Source of the DNA: Candidatus Aegiribacteria sp.
Lineage (GTDB): Bacteria; Fermentibacterota; Fermentibacteria; Fermentibacterales; JCC-6
Assembly (NCBI GenBank): GCA_046498225.1
Contig: JAWOBF010000074.1
Location: forward strand, 1-42,098
Direction: 5' to 3'
DNA length: 42,098 bases
The position numbers and the translations under genes are program-made. Below the pieces are notes generated by a model. It had not been told where the DNA came from. It made no database searches and saw only the letters and a program-made list of their open reading frames with translations. Position 1 is the first letter of the stretch, and each line of letters starts with the position of its first letter. Shown here piece after piece: positions 8,777-17,115 of the stretch.

Positions 8777-10479
8777 GAGTCCCGGCCCTCCATTTTTCCG
8801 ATTAGTTTTTCCCTGACCCTTTGAAATACACCCTCAGCTTCGGAAAGTACTTCTTCAAGGATCTCCTCCGCCTGTTTCCCGGTCTCTTCCGCGTATTCCC
8901 GGTCCTCCAGATCGCCCAGGTTTATCAGAACGTTGTAGTAGGCGCTCACCGCGGACGCCCTGGCAGCCTCGGCGGCTACTCCCGCGTCGGATACCGATGC
9001 CTGCAGACCCTTTTCCTCCAGTTCCGAGGCCAGCTCGATTATTTCGGGACATTTCTTCAGAACCGTGAGAGGGACCTCGATTGCCCTCTTAACCGCGGCC
9101 TGCACGTCGCCGTCCTGCCTGGCCGCGTCCATCCAGGCGTTGAAGGCGGCGGTATCATCATCGATGGCGTCAAGGAGGTCATCCTTGATTGCCTGGGCTC
9201 TGGGGGCCAGCTCCCTCATCAGTTCCCAGTGTTCCCTGCATTTCCTCTTCTTCACGGAAAGGTTGGCCACCATGGCGTCCAGCGACGCGCCGAGGGACCC
9301 TATGAGAGCCGCCACCGAACCACCCCCGGGAGCGGGGGAATCGGTGGAGAGTTCATCTGCGAAATCCCTGCACGACATGCCCGAGAGGTCGACTTCCTTC
9401 TCCGCCACCATGAACTCGATGATCTTCTCCCGCGGGTCGAAGGGTGTGAGGTCACGCAGACCCATGGACCTGATGGCCGTCTCTATCAGTTCGCTCCGGG
9501 GGACACCTGATGTCTTTCCCTGTCTGCCCACGCCGGACAGGCCCTCGTGCTGCCTTTCGATGTAGAACCTTCCGGCCTCCAGCATTGCGCTCAGCGGAAG
9601 AAGACCAACCACCTCGGAGCCGGTCACTCTCGTTCCCAGCCTTTCCGCCTCCTCCCTTACCGCCTCGAAGCCCATGTGAAGTGGAGTTACGGAGATATCG
9701 GTGAGGTTCATGGTGACCTGGGCGGTCTGGTATTCCTCTATGAACCAGCCGGTGGCCTTGCAGCACTGGAGCTTTCCCGGCTGCCTGAGCTTCTTGCCGT
9801 TCTCGTCCCTTACGAACTTCCATCTGTCGTTGCGCAGGAACCTGCCGTTGTCCCTTATGGTAAGGCCGATGTCCCTGGCCACACCGGGGTCTTTCGTATT
9901 CAGGTTCACGTTGTAGGCTATGAGGAAATTCCTGGCTCCGATGGTGCATACCCCGGTCCTGGCCACGCTGTCGTTCCACTCGTTGGGGCCGAAGTCCGGC
10001 TTCCACTCATCCGTGCCGAGTTTTTCGTGCAGGGCCTCGTACTCGCCCTTGCGGATGTTGGGAAGCTTCTCCCACTCCGGCCTGGTGGCGGCTTTCTCGT
10101 AGAGGTACACCGGAATGCCCAGCTCTTCTCCAACCCTTCGGCCCAGCTCTCTCGCGTACCCGGCGCAGTCATCCATGGTCACTCCGGAGACGGGGACGAA
10201 CGGGCACACGTCGGTCGCCCCGTGTCTGGGGTGCTCGCCGGTATGCTCCCTCATGTCGATGAGCCGGCCGGCCTTCCCTATCAGCTGAAAGCAGCTCTCC
10301 ATTACCGCACGGGGCTCTCCCGCGATGGTTATCACGGTCCTGTTGGTTGCGGCTCCGGGGTCCACGTCCAGCACCTTGCAGCCGCTGACCGAACCCGCCG
10401 CCTTGACAACTTCATCGATGAGCTCTCTGTTCCGTCCCTCGGAAATGTTGGGGACGGCTTCCACTATCTGTTCCGGCAT
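8764..10479 (-). CDS. ftcD: Bifunctional glutamate formimidoyltransferase / cyclodeaminase
   Basis: VPNISEGR, NRTVIT, H.GEHPR.GATDVCPFVP, IRKGEYE; C-terminal SPAPGGGS and DDD..AF cyclodeaminase domain; ATG 10479 preceded by GGGAGG. Confidence 0.92.
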   Translation of the reverse strand: MPEQIVEAVPNISEGRNRELIDEVVKAAGSVSGCKVLDVDPGAATNRTVITIAGEPRAVMESCFQLIGKAGRLIDMREHTGEHPRHGATDVCPFVPVSGVTMDDCAGYARELGRRVGEELGIPVYLYEKAATRPEWEKLPNIRKGEYEALHEKLGTDEWKPDFGPNEWNDSVARTGVCTIGARNFLIAYNVNLNTKDPGVARDIGLTIRDNGRFLRNDRWKFVRDENGKKLRQPGKLQCCKATGWFIEEYQTAQVTMNLTDISVTPLHMGFEAVREEAERLGTRVTGSEVVGLLPLSAMLEAGRFYIERQHEGLSGVGRQGKTSGVPRSELIETAIRSMGLRDLTPFDPREKIIEFMVAEKEVDLSGMSCRDFADELSTDSPAPGGGSVAALIGSLGASLDAMVANLSVKKRKCREHWELMRELAPRAQAIKDDLLDAIDDDTAAFNAWMDAARQDGDVQAAVKRAIEVPLTVLKKCPEIIELASELEEKGLQASVSDAGVAAEAARASAVSAYYNVLINLGDLEDREYAEETGKQAEEILEEVLSEAEGVFQRVREKLIGKMEGRDSWEE

Positions 10480-10592
10480 CGAATCCTCCCGTTTATCTTC
10501 AAGGTATTTCAGAGAAAGAGATTTTCCTGTAGATTCAAGTATCAAAGCTAGGAAAAGGACGGTGGGAAGTCAACGAGGAAAACGGGGTCTAA

Positions 10593-11780
10593 ATGGTTCG
10601 AGGAGTTGTGGAAGGGTTCTACGGCCGCCCCTTCGAAGGGGGCAGGCGGAAGCTGCTGTTGCGCCACCTGTCAGGCCTTGCGAATCCCGTGTACATGTAC
10701 TGCCCGAAGAACGACCCCCGCCACAGGGTCGGGTGGAGGGAGGACTATCCTTCGGCGGATTGGCGGCTTCTGGCGGATGACATGGAGGAGGCGGGCGACC
10801 TGGGTGTCGATTTCATCTTCGGTGTAAGCCCCTGGGGCTTTCGGGAGGCTGAGCATCCCTCCCTGAGAAGGAAGGCGAGAACAGCGCTGGATTCCGGAGC
10901 TTCGGGCATCGCCGTGCTCTTCGATGACGTTCCCGGACAGGTCGACGCGGGGCTGGCCATCCGTCAGCTGCGGTTTGCCCGAAAGGCACTGGAAGGGATT
11001 GAATGCAGGGTGTTCCTGTGTCCGACCGTATACTGCGACGAGCTTCTGGAGAGGTATGACGGAGCTGACTACCTGGCGGCCTGGAGGAAGGAGGCCCCCG
11101 CCGAGTGGACGCCGATGTGGACCGGAGGACAGGTGGTCTCCAGAACTCTGGACGGGTCTTCGCTTATGGAAGCCGCCGAACTCCTGGGAGGAGCGCCCGC
11201 CGTATGGGACAACCTGCTGGCCGACGACTACTGCCTGCGGAGGATATACCTGGCCGGACTCGATGGCAGGCCCCCCCCGGGTCATGATTACTTCCTCAAT
11301 CCTTCCGAGTGCTTTCCCGCGGCCCTCTACGGCGTCTATTCCCTGCTGAAGGCCGCGGGCGTCAGCTGTCCCTTGCCTGCGGAGCTGGGAAGCGTTCCAC
11401 AGGCATGGGAAGTCCTGGGGGGATTTCACCACACGCCCTGGTCTCCCGGGCCCCGGACCGCCATACTTCTGAATGACATGAAGCGGGCCATGGAGACCGG
11501 ACCCGGTGAGGACCTGCTGGGCAGGCTGGACAATATCTCGCGGCTCATGGACCTTTTGCTTGACGATCTGGAAGTAATTCCCTTCGGCTGGGAGATAGCG
11601 CCATACGCCCGGGACCTGAAGAGGATGGCGGGCTGGTGGATGGAGGCGCTTGCGCTCCCATCCCGGCAGGAAAGGGCCCGCAGGCTGGAATACCTTATGT
11701 TCCGAAGGCTCCCGTTCGACCACCCCCTTGCGGTGGTTACCGCGGAGCTCTCCGGATTCTACCGGGAAGGGGATTCATGA
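10593..11780 (+). CDS. GH84-like beta-N-acetylglucosaminidase (O-GlcNAcase/NAGidase domain)
   Basis: GVVEGFYG.P, YMY.PK.D..HR..WRE.Y, VSP, LFDD catalytic pair, CPT.Y, WTG..V and WDN motifs; no signal peptide. Confidence 0.85.
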   Translation: MVRGVVEGFYGRPFEGGRRKLLLRHLSGLANPVYMYCPKNDPRHRVGWREDYPSADWRLLADDMEEAGDLGVDFIFGVSPWGFREAEHPSLRRKARTALDSGASGIAVLFDDVPGQVDAGLAIRQLRFARKALEGIECRVFLCPTVYCDELLERYDGADYLAAWRKEAPAEWTPMWTGGQVVSRTLDGSSLMEAAELLGGAPAVWDNLLADDYCLRRIYLAGLDGRPPPGHDYFLNPSECFPAALYGVYSLLKAAGVSCPLPAELGSVPQAWEVLGGFHHTPWSPGPRTAILLNDMKRAMETGPGEDLLGRLDNISRLMDLLLDDLEVIPFGWEIAPYARDLKRMAGWWMEALALPSRQERARRLEYLMFRRLPFDHPLAVVTAELSGFYREGDS

Positions 11781-13090
11781 AGATCCATCTGGCTGGATAC
11801 AACACGGACGTGGAGAACGACGGGCACACTCCCGAAACGCTGTCCGCCTCCTACGCCAGGATAAGCAGGGACCCCAGGCCTATCCACCTGCTGAGGGAGG
11901 AAGCCTGCAGGGAAGTGGAGAAGGCCAGGGACTCCAACAGGAGGATAGTCTTCGATTACGGCCACGGTTCGGTGGCCGAGCACGCGGTGTTCAACTTCGA
12001 CATTCTGGACGTGTCCCGGCTTGCCGCGGAGGAGCTTCAGAGCTTCAGGCTGGCCAGCTTCACCGAGAAGTCCCAGAGGTACATCCGCATCGATGAGGGC
12101 GTCGTGGTGCCCTCGGAGCTGGGCGGGGAGGAAGCGGAGGGCTTCCGTGCCGCCGCCCACCGGCTTTTCGCGCTGTACGACAGCCTGTACAGCCGGCTGA
12201 GGAAAACGGGAATGGAGAAGGAGAGGGCCAAGGAGGATTCCAGATACGTCCTGCCCCTCTCCACCCCGTGCCAGATGGGTATGACACTGAATGCCAGGGA
12301 GCTGGAGCACATGGTCCGAAGGCTCTCGTGCCACCCCTTCGCCGAGGTGAGGGAAATAGCCGCGGGGCTGCTTGAACTGGCCATGGAGGCGGCCCCCTCC
12401 CTCTTCCTCTTCCTGGAGCCCACGGCCATGGATGCTTTCGCCCATTCGATGTCGCCGGTAAGCTCGGTCCCCCGGGACAGCGTTATCCTCCTGGAATGCC
12501 ACGACGATTCAAGGGCGGGGGAGCTACTGCTCCAGTGGAGGGACGGTGTATCCATGGATGAGGCCGGGAGCAAATGGACGGAACTCTCCCGGGAAGCCAG
12601 GAAGGAACTGTTCGAGGAGGCTCTGGCCGGACTCGGAATTCATGACGCCGTCCCCAGGCAGTGGGAATTCTTCAGCGCCCTCTTCCAGCTTGTGGTCTCC
12701 TCCAGCGCTTACGCCCAGCTGAAGAGACACAGGATGTGCAGCAGGCTGGTTTCCGTGTACGATCCGGTACTGGGATTCACAGTTCCGCCCAGCATCGATG
12801 AAGCCGGTCTGAAGGAGGAGTTTATTCAGGGCGTCAAAACAGCACAGGATTATTCCGGCAGCCTGGGAACCCTTTACCCCTACATGCTGACCAACGCCCA
12901 CCGAAGAAGGGTGGTGCTGGGCATCAACGGCCGCGAACTCTATCATTTCTCCAGGCTCAGGGAGGATGAGCACGCCCAGTGGGACATCAGGTCTCTCGCG
13001 GGGAGGATGCTTCGCGCCGTTCGCGCCCGGGCGCCACTGACGTGCATGCTCACCGGAGGCAAATCGGGCATGGGGAACTTGACTGTCTGA
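11777..13090 (+). CDS. thyX: FAD-dependent thymidylate synthase with tandem ThyX domains
   Basis: YGH.SVAEHA, EKSQRY, RYVLP, NARELEH in domain 1; QLKRHR and NGRELYHF..LR..HAQWDIR in domain 2; ATG 11777 overlaps upstream TGA. Confidence 0.88.
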   Translation: MKIHLAGYNTDVENDGHTPETLSASYARISRDPRPIHLLREEACREVEKARDSNRRIVFDYGHGSVAEHAVFNFDILDVSRLAAEELQSFRLASFTEKSQRYIRIDEGVVVPSELGGEEAEGFRAAAHRLFALYDSLYSRLRKTGMEKERAKEDSRYVLPLSTPCQMGMTLNARELEHMVRRLSCHPFAEVREIAAGLLELAMEAAPSLFLFLEPTAMDAFAHSMSPVSSVPRDSVILLECHDDSRAGELLLQWRDGVSMDEAGSKWTELSREARKELFEEALAGLGIHDAVPRQWEFFSALFQLVVSSSAYAQLKRHRMCSRLVSVYDPVLGFTVPPSIDEAGLKEEFIQGVKTAQDYSGSLGTLYPYMLTNAHRRRVVLGINGRELYHFSRLREDEHAQWDIRSLAGRMLRAVRARAPLTCMLTGGKSGMGNLTV

Positions 13091-13113
13091 GTCCCGGGTC
13101 GGACGCTCCGCAG

Positions 13114-15939
13114 CTAGTTCAGCGCCAACTTGAGTATCTTGGGGTTTCCCATCACGTTATCGGCCCGTGGGGTCAGCTTCAGCAGGACCTGCCCCTGACT
13201 TCTGCCGATATCGGAATCGAAGTTCCATTCCAGGTAGCCCTGGTACCCGTCGCTGCGCATATCGGCAAGGTCTCCCGTTGCGGACGCCTCTTTCCAGGTC
13301 ATTCCGTCATCCGTGCTGTAAGTGACCAGGAGGTCCAGGTTCCGACCCTCCGGGTCCGACAGCTCGTAGGCTACGGTAACCAGACCGCGGTCGTGCAGTA
13401 CGCTGCTCACCGCCGCCTGCATTACGGAAGGTACTCTGGAGTTGTTGATGGAGAGAGGACCCACCGGCTCAGAGAAGACCGTATCCCCGTCCGTGGCCCC
13501 CAGCCTTATCATCATCTCCAGCGGCTGAATGCCGGGAAGGTCTTCCGCCGAGTTCCAGACCACCCTGGAACTGGTGGTTGAATGGGGGAAGAACCCGGTG
13601 AGGACGAGCCCCCTTGCGGGAACCCATGAGGAGGTTTCCAATATGCGGTATTCCAGGAGCATGGAGACGGAATCACCCTCCCGGTCGGAAACGTCGAAGG
13701 TTATTGGTACGGACCCGCGGAAATGCTCCCATTTCCCCGGGGATATGATGTCAAGGGTCGGAGGAACGTTGTTGTCCACATGGAACGGGGACGAAGCTAC
13801 AGAAGATATCGATCCCGCGTCATCGGGAGCGACCCTGAAGCGGACCTCCTGCAGATCGCGCCCCGGAATATCCGCGGTGGATTCCCATATCATCTCGTAA
13901 TTGTAGTTGCCGGCGGCTGGAACGGAGCTTTCGGAAATGGCGGCCTCCCTCCAGATAGAATCCGAATCGGTTGCGTACTGCCATGCAAGGTCCAGAGGGT
14001 CCATGGAGGGGTCCGAAAGGCGAACTCCCAGCTTCACGCTCCCTGACACCTCTTCGGACGGCACGATTATCTGTGTGAGCGGCTGTCTGTCCAGGCCCTC
14101 CCGCAGCGATACTTCGCTCCATGGACCCGGGTCGGCGTCCGCCGCCCGTACACGCAGGATCACGTCGTCAACATCCCCCATCTCCAGTCCGGAGCCAATA
14201 TTCCATCTGACGGGTTCCCCGTAGAACCAGGGGGGTATTCCGAAGGTGCTGCCGGTCAGCCGGGCGTTGCGCCAGGCCCTTCCTCCGTCCAGGGAGTACT
14301 GCGCCTGGATCTGAATGACGTCTCCCTCCGGGTCTTCCACGGCGTACCTTACCAGATACCAGCCGTCGGACTCCTCCTCCAATGTGGACAGGAAAAGGGT
14401 GGGAGGCCGGTTGTTGTCCAGGTGGAAGATGTTGGATATTCCGCTGACCCCGGGGCCGTCCGGGCAGTAGGGTGTGATCTTGAGCGCGCATTCCCTGATA
14501 TCGGCTCCGGGAAGGTCCTCGTCGCTGAACCAGATGATCCTGCCGCCGTCATCGCGGAAACTGGCGGTTTCCTCCCATGAATACCCCGCGTCTGTGGAAT
14601 AGGCCAGAGAAATGCCGGTCACGTTCCGTCCGGTGACCTCGTAGGTAACTTCTACACCCTCGGAGGCGCCGGAGGCTATCCTTCCCACTACGGTCACCGG
14701 AAGGTAGGACACTCCATAGCTTCCCGAATTCCATTCATCGCACAGCATCTGAGGCCAGCACCCCACCGAGGTGCTGATGGTGGAAATCCTGTAGGCGGCC
14801 ATTCTGCCCGACCTGCCCAGCACAACCAGTTCCTGGTCGCCGTCTCCATCGATGTCTCCGGCCGCAGGAGTTCTGGATACCGGCTGGCCGAAATCTACTG
14901 GAAAACCTTCTATGGGGAAGCCGTCGGCGTTCCAGGCGTAAACGTAGCCGCTGTCACATGCCGCTATAACCCCTGATCCGCTCCTTGTTCTGGCTATGAT
15001 GGGGGAGGTGGGCGTTCCCGCAGTGAAGTTCGGCCATCTCCATGTGCCGGCTATGGTCCCGTTCCCGTTGACCAGGACGACGCCTCCGTCGACAGTGGAT
15101 ACAGCCACCTGCAGGCCTCGGGTGTCGGGGTCGAGATGGCCGATGGCCATCGCCCCTCTCGATGTCCTGGCGTCCAGAAAGAAAGGCCATCCCTCTATTC
15201 CCCTGCCGCTGGAGCTTACGGCGTATGCTCTTTCGTTGTAGGTAGAGAAGAGAATGTCACCGAGGCCGTCGGCGTCCACGTCCGCCGTGACCGGAATACA
15301 GCTGGTGGAGTAACCGGTGTTTATGGGCCACCCGGGAAGCACAGTCCCGTCCGCGGAGAGGAGATACATCTTCATGCTGACCAGGGCGCAGACTAGTCCA
15401 CGGCCGGAGTTGCCGCCCAGTGAAAGCTGCGACGGCTGCCACTGCAGTCTCGCGGGAAGCTGCACCGGCCATCCGGGGACGGGTCTTCCGCCGTGGTCAA
15501 GCAGATGCACCCGCCCGTCAGCGGTGCCGAAGGCTATCTCGGGGACCTGGTCGTCGTCAAGATTGACGACGGATATGCCGGTCACCGTCCTCTGTCCGGC
15601 GAAAACCGGCCAGCCGGTCTGTTCGATACCATTGTGGTTCACCATATGGATGTATCCGGAATTGTCGGCGTACACCACCATTCGATCGCTCCCGGGTGAG
15701 AAATAGGAAGCGGGTCTTGTGGAAACCCCCCTGTCCACCGATACCGGGAATCCATCCAGCGCTTCTCCCGTGCCTGTCCATCCTCCCAGTCCGTGGTCGC
15801 CCATTGCGATGAAGATATTCATCGACCCGATGCCGTTCTCGGCTAGGAGGGGGCTGCTGAAGGGAAAATACTCCATGTCGGTTTCCCATTCAGGCAGTTG
15901 CAGGATACAGGTTGACAGCATTAATGCTTGAATTAACAA
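13114..15939 (-). CDS. Secreted FG-GAP/VCBS-repeat protein with five C-terminal Ig-like repeats
   Basis: Hydrophobic N-terminus; repeated G(W/F)P; D.D.DG loops (DVDADGLGD, GDIDGDGDQE); repeats Y..sD.EG...YS.D.G..W. Confidence 0.7.
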   Translation of the reverse strand: MLIQALMLSTCILQLPEWETDMEYFPFSSPLLAENGIGSMNIFIAMGDHGLGGWTGTGEALDGFPVSVDRGVSTRPASYFSPGSDRMVVYADNSGYIHMVNHNGIEQTGWPVFAGQRTVTGISVVNLDDDQVPEIAFGTADGRVHLLDHGGRPVPGWPVQLPARLQWQPSQLSLGGNSGRGLVCALVSMKMYLLSADGTVLPGWPINTGYSTSCIPVTADVDADGLGDILFSTYNERAYAVSSSGRGIEGWPFFLDARTSRGAMAIGHLDPDTRGLQVAVSTVDGGVVLVNGNGTIAGTWRWPNFTAGTPTSPIIARTRSGSGVIAACDSGYVYAWNADGFPIEGFPVDFGQPVSRTPAAGDIDGDGDQELVVLGRSGRMAAYRISTISTSVGCWPQMLCDEWNSGSYGVSYLPVTVVGRIASGASEGVEVTYEVTGRNVTGISLAYSTDAGYSWEETASFRDDGGRIIWFSDEDLPGADIRECALKITPYCPDGPGVSGISNIFHLDNNRPPTLFLSTLEEESDGWYLVRYAVEDPEGDVIQIQAQYSLDGGRAWRNARLTGSTFGIPPWFYGEPVRWNIGSGLEMGDVDDVILRVRAADADPGPWSEVSLREGLDRQPLTQIIVPSEEVSGSVKLGVRLSDPSMDPLDLAWQYATDSDSIWREAAISESSVPAAGNYNYEMIWESTADIPGRDLQEVRFRVAPDDAGSISSVASSPFHVDNNVPPTLDIISPGKWEHFRGSVPITFDVSDREGDSVSMLLEYRILETSSWVPARGLVLTGFFPHSTTSSRVVWNSAEDLPGIQPLEMMIRLGATDGDTVFSEPVGPLSINNSRVPSVMQAAVSSVLHDRGLVTVAYELSDPEGRNLDLLVTYSTDDGMTWKEASATGDLADMRSDGYQGYLEWNFDSDIGRSQGQVLLKLTPRADNVMGNPKILKLALN

Positions 15940-16060
15940 ATGAACTCCCCGCGTGATTGCTATTGTTCAGATCAATCACTATTATAATAATAATGTTTCA
16001 AAGGAACTATACTCAGTTTTCTTTGTTTGCATAATAGGAATATAGATTAATGACCTGAGG

Positions 16061-16089
16061 TTGACTCGGCAACCCCGCGGTCGAATACT
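16061..16089 (+). promoter_or_regulatory. Possible sigma-70 promoter of the motor-like operon
   Basis: TTGACT-N17-AATACT in an AT-rich intergenic region about 70 nt upstream of ATG 16159. Confidence 0.3.
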
Positions 16090-16158
16090 TAACAGGCAAT
16101 AGATGATTATGGATATTACGAGTTCGATGAAATATCTGCATACGGGGAGTTGATTGAT

Positions 16159-17100
16159 ATGAAATTCAGGATTCTTGTTCTCCTTACGGTCTTTAACGCC
16201 GCGGCGCTGGCGGGATCGCTGCCTTTCTCGCGCTCGGGAGTTCTCGATACCCCCGACGCCTACGTTCTGCAGCATACGGAGATAGAGACGGAACTCGGTT
16301 TTTCCGCCTATACAGTGGAGGATTCGACAGGTTCTTCGAACAGTGAGTTCATGATTACCGGCCATCTCGACGTCGGTCTTTTCCGGTACGGTCAGCTGGG
16401 AATCTCGTACCTGGGGGACGGAGGAGTGGTGGGGAACGCCAAAGTGGCCGTTCTCTTCGAGGGCATTACCGTTCCCGCCTTCGCCATAGGCATCGAGAAC
16501 ATAAGCGGCGAGGAATACGTTGACTGCTTCAAGGTGGATTCCAACGGTGGGGAGGAGTACTACCAGTACGACCATGCCCAGAACTGGTCCGCCTACGCCG
16601 TTCTCTCCAAGGATCTGAGCTACCTCATGGGTATTCCGGCCACGGTGAACCTGGGTATCGGCATCGGCAGGTTCGTGGGTGTTATAGACAGTGGCGCACT
16701 GGGAGTGGGCAGCTCCATCGCCAACGGTCTGTTCGGTTCGGTGGTCTACAGGCCTTCAGAGCCTTTCACCGTAGCGCTGGAGCAGGACGGACGGGACCTG
16801 AACCTGGGGGCTTCCTACGAGATGAACGACTATATAACCCTCCAGATGGCCTGGGCGGAACTGGAGCAGACCATATTCCCTCCGGAGAACCAGAACAAGA
16901 TGGACGTGATGCAGAACTCCAAGGTTTCCATAGGCATACAGACCACCATCGGTCCCATCTTCGGCGCTCGTCAGCTGGTACTTGAGCGGGAGCAGCAGCG
17001 GATAGAGAGGGCCAGGGCGAGGCTGGAAGAGCTGGAAGCCCGAAGAAGGTCCGCTGAAGCCGAGCTGCAGAGACTCCGGGACCTTCTCGAGGAACGCTAG
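16159..17100 (+). CDS. YjbH-domain-like outer-membrane beta-barrel with C-terminal coiled coil
   Basis: Signal peptide; SGVLDTPDAYVL, PAFAIGIENI, GIG.GRF, GLFG, EQDGRDLNLG resemble the YjbH family; heptad-rich tail; SD GGGGAG before ATG 16159. Confidence 0.65.
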   Translation: MKFRILVLLTVFNAAALAGSLPFSRSGVLDTPDAYVLQHTEIETELGFSAYTVEDSTGSSNSEFMITGHLDVGLFRYGQLGISYLGDGGVVGNAKVAVLFEGITVPAFAIGIENISGEEYVDCFKVDSNGGEEYYQYDHAQNWSAYAVLSKDLSYLMGIPATVNLGIGIGRFVGVIDSGALGVGSSIANGLFGSVVYRPSEPFTVALEQDGRDLNLGASYEMNDYITLQMAWAELEQTIFPPENQNKMDVMQNSKVSIGIQTTIGPIFGARQLVLEREQQRIERARARLEELEARRRSAEAELQRLRDLLEER

Positions 17101-17115
17101 AAGACGGCCCGGCGT

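Noticed and set aside
15982..16575. 197-aa minus-strand ORF across the AT-rich intergenic region
   Set aside because: Overlaps the YjbH-like gene antisense and the promoter region; no motif support
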